A DNA stretch of 64,000 nucleotides from Protoeuglena noctilucae. Its lineage: Eukaryota. The notes beneath the pieces were generated by a model, which saw only the letters and a list, made by a program, of their open reading frames with translations, did no database searches and was not told the DNA's origin. Positions 12,992 through 24,610 of this stretch are shown here, in pieces (position 1 is the stretch's first letter; each line of letters starts with the position of its first letter). Location: positions 682,001 through 746,000 of the forward strand of contig OY253684.1 in assembly GCA_958009085.1 (NCBI GenBank), given 5' to 3'. A program made the translations under genes and the position numbers.

Positions 12992-15900
12992 ATGAGGGTA
13001 AGGGCTCTGCTCCTTACGGCGGCCGCGGCCCTGCTGCTGGGGGCTTTGGGACCCGTTTCCGCCGTGTCGCGGAGCCTGGACCAGGTCGCGACCGGATACA
13101 CGCGCTTGAAGACGTTCACGTACACGGACCCGCTGTTCAGGTGAGCCCAGACGCCCGCAGCGCAACGCCCTGGGGCCGACATGACGACGGGCATTCAGGG
13201 GCCCGCGTTGCGCGACGCCGGCTCTTCGGGCAATGCGGCTCGTTGTCGCGATTCGTTTCTTTGTATTGTATGTCTGCGCCGGCGCGCACGACCCCTGGGA
13301 TCCGGGTTGCGCCGGAGAAGCTGGCCTGCCAGAGTTTGGCGAATGCGGCCCCCCCGGGACCCCGCGACGGCCCGTAGATGCTGCACCGCTTTCATCGCGC
13401 TAGTTACGGCCGTGGCACGGACCCGCCGGGTTTCCGGGACGCGGGGGGGGGCGCAGCGAACCTCCTGCACTTTTTGCCACCGCTGCGCTCGCTCGCCCGC
13501 TCCCCGCCCTCGCTTAATGGTTCCCTTGGCCCCTGTGCAGTGATGACTACTCCTGCTACACGACGACGCTGCCCAGCGGGCGCACCAAGTACGTCCCACG
13601 CGGGGTGCCCAAGACATGTGGGCTCGGATGCCAATACGCCAAGAGCGTGTCGACGAACGACACCCAGGCAACAAGCATGGACGCCATGACGGGGCCGCCG
13701 GACTTCTGGCCCCAGTCCGGTGACAGGTGAGCGCGGCGCATGTGCCGCAGGGGTCGACACCGTCGGGGCTCCCACCCGCCGCCAAGCTTCTCCAATGAGC
13801 CAAGTGGTCCCACAGCGTCTTCTCTCCTCTCCGCCTCGCCCAGCCCCAAGGCGTTCAAGCCCTCCAGCTCCAACCAGGCCCCGGCCGGCGCGAGCTACCT
13901 GACGGTGGATGTGACCGTCAACTCCAAGATCTACGTGAGCAAGGTCCGCGTCTACGAGACGGATCATCCCGGGGCCATCGTCAAGATCAGCGGCTTCACG
14001 GACTCGACGTCTGGCCTGGAGTACGTGCTGTGGGAAGCCCCCAAGGGAACCAACGGCAAGTACACCGTCTACATCCCCGCGGGGTCCTCGCAGGCGAGTT
14101 CCGATGACGATGAGTGATACGAGTAGAAAAGGGGTGCTGTGCCATAGTTTGCTGGGAGGCCGCTCGTCAAGGCCGGTGGCCGATGCTTCAAGGCGCGGAG
14201 GCTCGTGAGCCGCGGCCCTGGACGGCGTTTGGAAATGCGTGGTCGCGTGCCCCGCCCCCGCAGTACGACCCTGTCAAGAACGTGCTGACGACGGCGTCGC
14301 GCATCTTCGAGCCCCCGGTCAAGGCCCCGAGGGACGTGCAGCTGTCCATCATCCGCCTGTACATGGACGTGGCGCAGGTCGACGGCACCAACGCCCTGGA
14401 CGCAATCGAGGTCTGGGGCGATGACGCCACCGGCGTCCCTGTCGAGGACTACGGCACCGTGTGCGCCAACGAGGCCGCCATCAACTGCTGGCATGCCTGC
14501 CGCACCGGCGACCTCGTCACGACCGCGCGGGCGTCGGCGGCCGAGACGGTGCTGTCCGACGCGGCCCAGTGGCTCATGACGGCCCTCACGGTTCCCACGG
14601 CCGGGTCGTCCCCGCTGACGGTGGCGCTCGACCCCGCCAACCAGGGCGACCTCCCCTGCGACGACGTCCCGCTGCCGCCCTACTTCCAGAACCCGGGGCT
14701 GTACGCCGCGGGGCTCCTGGTGGTCCCGACCCTGCGCCCCGACCGCGTCCCGGTCAAGGCCTACCCCTGCCGGCCCACCAACCGCGCGCTGGTCGCCGGC
14801 TCGCGCCCCACCGCCATCCGGGTCAACATCGTGCCGGGCTTCGCGGAGGCGGCGCTCAAACAGGACGCGGCGGAGCGCGGCACGCGGCTGCGGCGCGCGG
14901 CGGCCGATGCCGTGCTGCACGAGATGTACAAGGCCCTCGGGTGGGGCTGGGACTCGACGTCCGTGACGGCCCGCAACGCGGCGCTCAAGAAGCACCTCGG
15001 CGCAGACATGATCTCGTACCAGTCCACCACAACGTGTACGTCGTTCGTCGACTGCGCCAGCGACTTTGCCAACCGCTACCTGATCAAGAACACGGCCCCG
15101 GCCATCCTGTCCCAGGCCCGCACGCACTTCGCGAGCTCCTCGATGCTGTTCGTGGAGATGGAGACCAACTACGGCGACGGCCTCTACGCCGTCGGGGCCG
15201 ACCCCGACTGCATGACGGACCAGGCCCAGGCCACCTTCAACTTCCTGCCGTCGGTGAGTGTCAGAACTGAGCTTAAGCCCCAGGGCCTCCCGCCGCAACC
15301 CCTTGGCAAGACGCAAGCGACCGCTCATGTGACCCTTCGCCCCCGCAGAAGTGCAACCCGGGTCTCCTCCTGGAGCACCGCATCTTCCTCGGGGAGCTCA
15401 TGACGACCGCCATGTACTCCAAGCTCGCCTACTTCGACACGGTCGCGGCGTCGTGGGTTTTCCAGACGGGGCCGGAGGTCAAGGGCTCGACCCGCACGGG
15501 CATCTCCCTGGCCATGTTCGACGACTTGGGCTACTTCAAGCCCGACTACAGCGCTTCCGAGCTCCTCACGTACGGACACGGCATGGGCGACGCCTTCGGT
15601 GAGAGCCGCCCCACCGACCCTTGTCCACATGTGTCACGCCCGACCCTTGCATCTGCCTCTACGTCCGCCCAGCAAATATCCACCATGGCGCTCTCCTTCC
15701 CTCCCGCAGTGAGCCAGTCGTGCGTGGACTGGCCCACGGCCGCGCAGAGGTACCTCTGTCCCATCCAGGGCCAGGGCTTCACGGGCAACGACAACATTGC
15801 GTGCTCGCCCCAGCGCACCCACAAGGGCCGGTGCCTGCTCACCAACTGGACCAATCCGCCCACGCCATACCGGTACGGCTCCAACACCCTCGGCCTGTCG

Positions 15901-18900
15901 GCCGCCCTCGACTACTGCCCCGTGGTCGCACCGGGCGGCTACGTGAGGACGAGCGGCAACGCGCCCACGGCCGACCCTACCAAGGTCGGTGGCCAGACGG
16001 TGGCCTCTAACGCCTGGACGGCCTGCAACGTCCCGCGCCAGGAGCCCACACCCGCGTCCAGCAACACCCTGAACGAGGAGACGGGGCCCCCGTCCCGCTG
16101 CTTCAGCGTCACGCAGACGGGGTCAGGTGAGGCCACTGCCCGAGCGGTGCCAGAACAGCTGGGGGGATTGAGGGTTGCATTCTTTGAGGCAGATTGTCGT
16201 GATGATAGCGGGTTGCGAGAATGACGTGCACTAGCATGGGAGATGAGAGTCAGTTGGTACCAACACCGACCCTTCACGCGCCTCCCTTGGTCGCAGCGAG
16301 CGCGGGGTGCTACAAGATGCACTGCGACGGCAACACGCTGTACATCAAGATGCTCGGGACTTGGAAGGCTTGCGTGGCCACGAACGTGTACTTCGAGAGC
16401 ACACCACCCGGGTCGGGCGTCACAGTCACGTGCCCCACGGCCAGCGAGGTCTGCAGTACGTTCCAGCAGCTCACGGGGCCCTTCGTGGAGGTGTACGGCC
16501 TGCCCGACCCGCAGACGACATCGACGGCCGTGAGCTCGCCCACCAACCTCATCCTCATCCAGGCCTCGACCGTCAAGGTCACGGTCGAGACGGGCACGTT
16601 CCGCGTGGGCGTGGACGGCAACGTGCTGCAGGTGCTCGTGGGCGGCGGGATCATCGCGACCTTTTCGGACCCCTGGCCCAACAACACGGACGGCTCCATC
16701 GCCCTGAGCTACGCCTACACGGTCAAGGGCCTGCCGGCCACGCCGTCGACGGGCTCGACGCTCGTCTTCCAGCTCGTCGACAAGTACGGCGCCGTGCAGA
16801 GCGCCCAGACCTTCTACGTGTACGTGCAGCACACGGGGATCACCCAGGGCGTGACGCAGACCGTCACGGGGTCGTCGCAGTACACCCCGTTCGACCCCAA
16901 CAACAACCTCAACCCCGCCAAGCGCCCCTTCACGGGCGTGGCCGAGACCAACTACCCCACGACCATCACGCCCAGCGTCATGGGCGACTCAACGGACGCC
17001 TGGGCCCCGCAGTCGGCGGGCGGCCGCACGCTCGACGGCGTGCCCCTGTCGTGGCTGACGAACCAGTGGATCTACGAGGAGTACCTGGACGTCAAGGTCA
17101 CGCACGCGGTCATCCCGACGCAGGTCACCGTCTACGAGAACCTGGCGCCGGGGAGCCTCGTGCGGGTGCAGAGCGCCGTGACGACCAACAGCGTCACCAC
17201 GTACGTGCCCGCCTGGGAGCGCCTGCGCCCGGCGCGCTCGTCCATGACGACCCCGGCGATCGGGGCCAACGTGCAGAAGACCGTGTACCAGCTGCGCACG
17301 GTGGGCGACAACACGCCCGAGCTGTCCGACACCTTCCGCCTCTCGTGGGGCCTGAAGCGCACCTCCTGGCCCGAGGTGGCCTCCATCGGCATCACGGGCG
17401 ACGCCGCCGAGATGCCCCACGTGGCCGACGACCCCAGGGGCCTCCCCGCGGAGGCTATCGTGGGCTTGCCGGACAAGGCCACCGCGACGGTGCAGTTCAC
17501 GCTCGACACGACCGCCACCCTTGTGTGGTCCACCCCCACGTACCTGCGCCTCATCGACGAGAACTGCGCCCCCACGGGCGGCTCCTCGTGCGTCGACTCG
17601 GCGCTGGACCTCCAGTGGGGCCGCGTCATCAACCAGTCCGGGGTCGCGTTCGGGCCCGGCACCGTGTCAGTCGGGGTGGCCATCGACACGTCCCTCATGT
17701 CCCGCGCCGACGCCCGGCGGTGGATGGCCGGCGGGGCAGAGGGCTACGTGGTCCTGTACAACGCCCTCTTCCCCACCAACGCCCAGCCCACGGGGTGGCC
17801 GGTCGCGCGGCCCGTCGTGGCCACGCGCCGCGTCACGGACGGCATCACCCTCCGCGGCCCCGCCTGCGCCCACGGCGTCGTCTACCGCACCGGGCCCCTC
17901 GACTCCGGGGAGTGCCAGTGCTTCCCGGGTGCGTACGGCCCTGCCTGCGAGTTCCTCTCGTGCCCCGCCGGCTGCGCCAAGGACGGCGTCCCCGCGGGCG
18001 TGTGCGACCACTCGACCGGCACGTGCCTGTGCCTGGACGGCCACTACGGCGTCGACTGCTCGGGCGTCGTGGGCACGTGCGTGCTGTCGTACGACGGCAG
18101 CTGCCCGGCGGGCTACAAGGAGGGCACGTACACGATCAACGCGGAGGACGACAACAACCTCAACCGCGCGATCGGCACGGTCCCCGAGTCGATGCAGTGC
18201 GGGAGCAGCAGCTCCAAGACCAACGCCTTCGACTGCACGGCCCTGATCGACATGGACCTCTGCTGCAGGCCCAGCGCCAACGCGGGGTGCCCCTTCGCGT
18301 CCGGGTCCGACCCCTGCACGAGCTCCTCCTGCCCCTCGAGCTCCTCGCCCACGCCCACGTCCCAGCTGCAGTCGGTGCTGCAGTCGGACTCCACCGGCGG
18401 CTGGCGGGCCCCCAAGTGCCTCGCGGTGGTGCAGCACTACTGCTTCTACCACCCGGAGGACGCAGCCTGCCACGCCTTCGCGCCCATCCCGATCCCGGCC
18501 GACTTCGCCTGCCCCACCAACCTCGCCGCCAGGTTCTGCGCCGCCAACCGCGACGACCCCGACTGCGCCGCCTTCGTCGCCTGGCGCACCTGCGGGTTCG
18601 CCCCGGCCTCCGGCATCTGCCAGGGGTCCGCCTGCAAGGACTCCACGGGCAACTACGACTTCACCAGCCAGGCCTGCCGCGCGGCCGTTATGACCTACTG
18701 CGCCAGCGCCACCGACCCCGCGTGCAACCTCCAGGGGTTCGGGAGCGGGTGCCTGTTCGCGGCCGGGTCGCCGCCCTGCGAGGCGGTGGCCTGCCAGATG
18801 GAGTACTACCAGGTCGGGCCGTGCAAGGCGGTCGTGGACAGCTACTGCGGGTCGGCGGCCGGGCCCAACGACCCCCAGTGCCTCGTGCTGGGCTACGGGG

Positions 18901-19481
18901 GCCTCACGGCCAATGAGGCGCCCTATGCGATGCCGCTGCCGCAGAGCACGTGCCCCCTGGCGCTCGCGCAGAAGCAGTGCAACCTGATGCCGCTCGACGC
19001 GACGTGCGTCATGCTGGCGCAGTACGGCCTCATCGCGGCCGCGGCGCCCCTCCCGGCCCTGCAGCCGCCGTCCGCGCTGCAGAGCGCCGCGAGCGCCGAC
19101 ACGCGGCCGGCGCTGCAGCTGCTCAAGTCCGCCGCCCTGGCCGCCGATGTGCTCCGGCAGCAGGACGTGTCGAGGCAAGCCATGTACCGCGAGCTCTTCG
19201 ACTTCGCGGACGGGGATGCCGACGGTCTCCTGGTCGCCGAGGAGGTCGCCCTGGCCCTCAACGTCATTAAGTCGTGGCGGCTGTCGGGCAACGCGATCCC
19301 CGCGAGCCGGGGCTTCCTGTCGGCCATCGACGACGCGACGCTGGCGACCGGCCTGGCCCTCAGCACGGACCCCTCGGCCAGCAGCGGCAACCACTTTACG
19401 CGGAGCGACTTCTACACTGCCATGGAGACGCTTTACCTCAACTGGGTGGACGCCCACGGCGCTCCGAACCTCTGGGGCTGA
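12992..19481 (+). CDS. Secreted ~1,808-aa mosaic protein: signal peptide, scarf/discoidin-like domain, leishmanolysin (peptidase M8)-like domain with degenerate Zn site, second scarf-like domain, EGF-like, Apextrin-C-like, Cys-rich repeats, EF-hand
   Basis: Exons 12992-13140, 13541-13726, 13844-14093, 14264-15253, 15349-15598, 15710-16126, 16297-19481 join in frame (5,427 nt). Signal-like MRVRALLLTAAAALLLGALG; M8 motifs VLHEMYKALGW, EHRIFLGELMT, ISLAMFDDLGYFKPDYS...YGHGMGDAFVSQSC, ALDYCP, GPPSRCF, GCYKMHC. Confidence 0.85.
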
Positions 19482-19954
19482 GGCGCGAGGTGGGAGGGGT
19501 CGGGTGGAGCAGCGAGGAGAGAATGGGAGAGCGCTGAGCGCGCTGCGGGGAACCTCGATAGCTAGAGGGTGGATCAGAGGGAATCAGAGGGGGTGGGGGT
19601 GGGGGCATGCGCGGGTGACCCGATGCATGCCGAATAGAGAAGCGAAAACATAGTGATTTGTGATATTTGTGCGCGGGAACGGGGTTGTACCGTGGTTCGT
19701 GATCTGAGATAGCGAGGAGGGAGAGCTGGGATCGGGGGTTAGCTAGGGATTTGTCATGGTGTTTGCTGGGCTAGGGATGGCCGTGCAACCCTGGTGGGTG
19801 GCTGTCACCCGGTCGCAAGGGGTGGCACTCTTGGCGCATCGGTCTCGCGCGCAATCTATGACATCAGCGGAGACTTGAATGAGACGCCGCCTGGCCTCCC
19901 GTAAGGGTCGCAGCAACACATAGACGCCGTTGACACACAAGGATAGGCACAACC

Positions 19955-22900
19955 TCATTGCAAAGATAGGCGCGACATGCCGCCCAGGGCCTTGCGGATG
20001 GGATCGGGGCCAGCGCCCAATCCCAGCAGCGCCGCCCCGTCGTCCCCTATTGCCTCGAGGACCGATGCCGTGTCCCTCGCAAGCTGAGCGTGACGTGCCA
20101 TGCACGCCGATGCCAGTGCCCGGCACTGCTCGTCAGAGTCGCGGTTCGCGGCCGTCTCGGCCCATTCTCTGCGGTGGTACAAGAGAGAGAGCAATGCAAG
20201 CCCGGCGATCCTAGTCGCAGGCATTCAGCACACACAAGCCCATCCAGCTTGATGAGTTCCATTCCATGCGTGCAGCAAGCAGTGAGTGCCGTAGATGGCG
20301 CAGGTGAGACAGCCGCTGCCGAAAACGCTCACCGTGCCCAGACCACGCCGTCCCTAATGGCAGAGGGTCCCTGGGACACTAGGGCGCCTGCCACGGCCGC
20401 CGGGGGCAGCGATCCCAGGGCCTGCACCACGGACAAGAGCGCCATGCGCCGCACGAAGGGCTGTGCGTGCTGGGAGATGGCAGGGGCGCGGAGGGCCGTG
20501 AGAAGCGCTGCTGTCACAGCCACCCCCTCGTCGTGTGGTGCAGCACACTCCGCCAAGGATCCTAGCGCTGCCAGGCTCCTCCCGAGGACCACAAAGTCAC
20601 GCCCCATGGGCTCCAGCGACACGGACCGGGACCCAATGCCCTGCGAAGATTCGGGTCTCTATGAGAAGAGGCACGTGGGGATGACAGTCAGCTTCGTCCA
20701 GCCGATTGCTGTCGCCACATGGTTCCCAACGGGCTGCTCAACGTCACAGATGCCTTTTAACTGCTTCGTGTTAACTTACCTGTAGGATCTCATGAGCCCA
20801 TTGGCGCACCACAGGGGCCAGGCGGTTGCGCCACTGCCGCGGCCGGGGTTTGTCCCGAGCAGCCAGCGCGCGGTGACCCCACACCCGCGTGCGGCCCGCC
20901 TTGCCCTCCCGCCGCACGAAAGTCGACGAGGACGCTTCCGCTGTCTCATTCTCGGGTCCGCCAGCCGACGTCGCACCCCGGGTCTCGCCCCTGCTGGCAT
21001 TGTCGCCGCCGTCCCGTGTCGCCCCAGCCACGCCTGCATGCTGCCCGCCCCGTCCCTCTCCTCCCTTCCCAGGCAACGCCCCTCCGGCCGCGCCGCCACC
21101 CAAGCCACGTCCCCCGGAGGCAGGACCTGGGCCCGCGAGCTCCCGGGCAGCCATAACGACCGCGTCCAGGGCTGATAGCCTCTGAGCCATGTCCATGCCC
21201 TCAGCGAACGCCGACCGCAGCAGCCCGACCCCCGACAGCGCCGGCGTGGCGACCACCACGGCCACCAGAGCCCCCATCCGCTCCTGCTCCCCCGTGGGAC
21301 CCTGGCTGGGCCTGCCTGCCTCCGCCAGCACTTTCGTCGACGCGCCTGCGATAGGGCAAACATTGCACGCGTGACAGCCACTGACTTGTAGAGTGGTCCA
21401 CGGCTGTCCATTCGCAACAAGGCCGCTAGCACCATCGCAAGTGACCAAGCTGGGCTCTGAGTAAGCAGGGCGTCGCTTGCCATTCGCATGGTGCGAGGAC
21501 AGCGCCAAAGCGTCACCTCGTTCGCCCCTGCGGTGCGTGCCGTCCGCCCACTCTGGCACGTGCGTGTGTGCGAGAACGTGCGTCAGCTCGGCCGCGTAGA
21601 TGGGCAGCTCCTCGACCCCACCCCTGCACGAAACGCATCGCGGCGCCTTGGAACTTAACTTCCATAACATGCCTTTTCCAAGAATGCGCTTGGCCTCAGG
21701 TAGTCACCGCACCTAATCAGTTCCTCTGCCACCCCCAGCGCGTCCACCACGGCGACTGAATCCTCGCCCCCCGACCGCAGCTGCTTGACCAGCGCGCCGA
21801 GACTGTCGGGGAGCGGGTTGCCCGTCACTCCCACCGCATCCGCCTCTTCCGACATATCAAACGCAGCCAGCGAGTCCTCAGAAACACTGGCATCGTCTGC
21901 CCCGCCCTCATCGTCGCTGTCGGGACACGCCTGCATCGACCAAACACAAGCAAATGAGGCCCTGCTTGGTGGGGTTTGCATCCAGTGACACCCCGTTGCA
22001 AGCCTGGCTCCAGCGCTGCCTCAACAATGCCCCTGCCCTTCCCATCGCTCGCACCTCTGCCATGTCAACGGTCCACTTGCCGCTCTCTGACGCGTCCACC
22101 TTCCCAGGCGCCCCTGCGGAGCCATCCTGAACCCCAGCGCCTCTGCGCACACTCCGCCCGTCGCGTGCCGGCGCCGCGCCCACCTCCCCGGAGCCCCTGG
22201 CACCCCGTTCCACGCCCCTCCCCGCGCCTCTGACCGATGCCTGCGAGTCGCCCCACATGCCCGGCCACCGCTCCTCCCGCGTGAAGTCGTCCACAGCCAC
22301 ATGCTCAAACAGAGCTTTCTGGCTCGGACTGTCCCCGGTAGCATCCGGTCCCATCGCATGCGTGTCCTCCGCAAGCCCCGTCGCAGGCTCCCCCGCGCCC
22401 CACTGGCGGGGCGGGGCGGGGCACAGCGCCGCGAACGCGTTGCCAACGCGCATGGCCTGCCGCCGCACGGCAGGGATGGGGCTGCCGAGACGCGTCGACA
22501 CCCCATTCAGAACCGAAGGGACCAGGCCTGGGACAGCGGGGGTCCCGCCAGGACCCAGCAGGCGAAGCAACGCCAAAAACGCCTCCGTGGAGAAGGCCAT
22601 CGTGGGCACGGGCGTGCCAGAGACCGCGTCCGGAGCCGCCCAGATCCGAGCGGCGTGACGGGCGAGGGCCGACAGCCAGGCGGGTGTGTCGGTGGGGAGC
22701 GCTGGGTTCGCTGCGGGGCGAGGCTCGTTGCAGAGGATGCGGAGGGCGCTCACAAGGACGGCGAGGGCGGGGAGCGGCCGGGCGTGGGCGCAGAAGAGCT
22801 TCTGGAGGGCGAGGGTGCATGCCGGGCCATCGACGTGCTCACGCAGCAGCACCGCGCACGCCCGCGCCGCCCATCCTGGCACGGCGCTCGTGTCAGAAAC

Positions 22901-24302
22901 CGAGCCCGAGCGACGGGGGAGGTCGACGCCCGAAGAGAGCTCTCGTGCACAGGCCTGCGCATGGGACGTCGGTGCGTGGCATTTGACGAGCCACACGCGC
23001 CCACCATGCCCTGCCACGTTAATGCCTCTCAAGCAACATGGCAGGTTTCGTGATCCAAGCACACCACTCACCGCCAGCAGCCGCTCCATGTCCCCGACGG
23101 TGTCGAGCCAGCCCAGTAGGGCGGCCCACAATGTCTGGAAACCCTCTGGGCTTGGTACCTCATCACATCCCGCGTGCTCTTCGCACGTTCCCGGATCTGC
23201 CACTGCTCCTGACGTCCCAGCGGAGAGGACCAGGGCGCCTCTTGCCCACGGGACGAGTGTGGAGGTGACGGGTGCCGCGTGCCCCCGCCGCACCAAGCGT
23301 TGCAGGAGCTCACGGGCGATGTCCGAGTGCGCCGCTCCCACGCTCGACCCACACGCTAGCGCGCAGACCCGTCGCAGCACGTCCGGCAGCGCTCCCGGCA
23401 CACTCTCAGCAACGCTCGCCAGGTGCCCCGCGATGCGGGCGGGGGGCAGGGAACCCTCAGACACGCGAGCTGCGACGTCTTGGAACCCCCCCGAGGCTGG
23501 ATCCAGGAATCGTTGCCGGATCGCGGACCAGGCGGCGTCGGCTGACGCCAGCTGCACGCGGGCTTGGCCGGGCACGGCGGGGGTCGCGCCCAAGGCCGTC
23601 AGCTGCGCCGCGGCGACCTCGAGCAGCGCGTCCGCGGGTGCGTCCACCAGGAGCGCATCGATAAGTGTCGCGAGGGGGGGGTCTCGGCCGCTGTTTCCGG
23701 CGGCATCAAGCGGGGCGCTGGCGAACAGTGCGTCGAGGAAACTCGGGAGAGCTTCGGAGCGCGCGAGGGCTGCTCGCGCGGCAGCGCAAGCGTCCCCGCT
23801 GCAGCTCCTGCATGCTGAGTATACGTCAGAAGCGAGGGACGCCAGCGCCTGGAGGTCCTCGGCGCCGGGCCCAGCGCCGAGAGACTTTCCAGCCCCCTCC
23901 TGGCTCGAACCCGAGCCTCCACCGTACAGCAGATCGTACGCTGCGTACGAAGGACCCAACAGCAAGATCGGATGGATGTTGGGTGAACAATGCCGCACAC
24001 CGACCGCGAAGGCGGGGCCAGCGCAACTTGGGACGACAGAGCTCCCTCCTCGCCGCCTCACCGATCCCCAGAAGAGCCGCGGTGCTTTCCTCGGATAGAG
24101 AACGACCCAGGGCGCTACATAGAAAGCCTACAAACCTCGCCAGCCGGCGGTCCAGGTCTGCGTCCTGCGGGGGGGACCGCACACGTGCTGTGGAGCACCT
24201 GTGAGGCCACAGCCAGCTCCCCGCGGCGAGGGGTCTGCCCTGACCACTGTCAACGCACCTGCGGCTGCATATCCGGCTGCGGCCAGCGACGGCGCCTAGC
24301 AT
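19955..24302 (-). CDS. TEL2: Telomere length regulation protein TEL2 (TELO2, TTT complex)
   Basis: VLNGVSTRLGSPIPAVRRQAMRVG, DSDDE...SLAAFDMSEE, ALGVAEELIR, AQRLSALDAVVMAARELA, GRTRVWG, WRNRLAP, GRDFVVLGR, HAQPFVRRMAL, DSDEQCR; start approximate. Confidence 0.85.
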
Positions 24303-24610
24303 CAGCACCGGGCGTCACTGCGTGCTGGCCATGCGCCGACGACACGCCCGGCGCATTTGGTACGCAGGCAACATGACGTATTTGCGCTGTCTGCCCCGAT
24401 CGTGCCTTCTGACACTTCGCTGCCAGTCCGTCGTTTGCCGTTGAGAACTCCCGCCCACATCCTCAGCATTTCGTCGCTCCCCGCCCGTATCCTGCTTCCG
24501 CTGGGTCGTCCGGAGCTTGCCATTTCGCTGGGATCGCTTAAGTCGCTCGCCTTTCGGCGCCCCTCTCGTACCCGTCCACGCGAGCACGCGCGGGAGGTAA
24601 TTTCGGTGCC

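Noticed and set aside
16307..19457. Long overlapping and antisense ORFs (869 aa +, 596 aa -) over the M8-like gene, and similar shadow ORFs throughout the window
   Set aside because: Expected by-product of very high GC3 codon bias; the Arg/Gly/Pro-rich translations carry no recognisable motifs.
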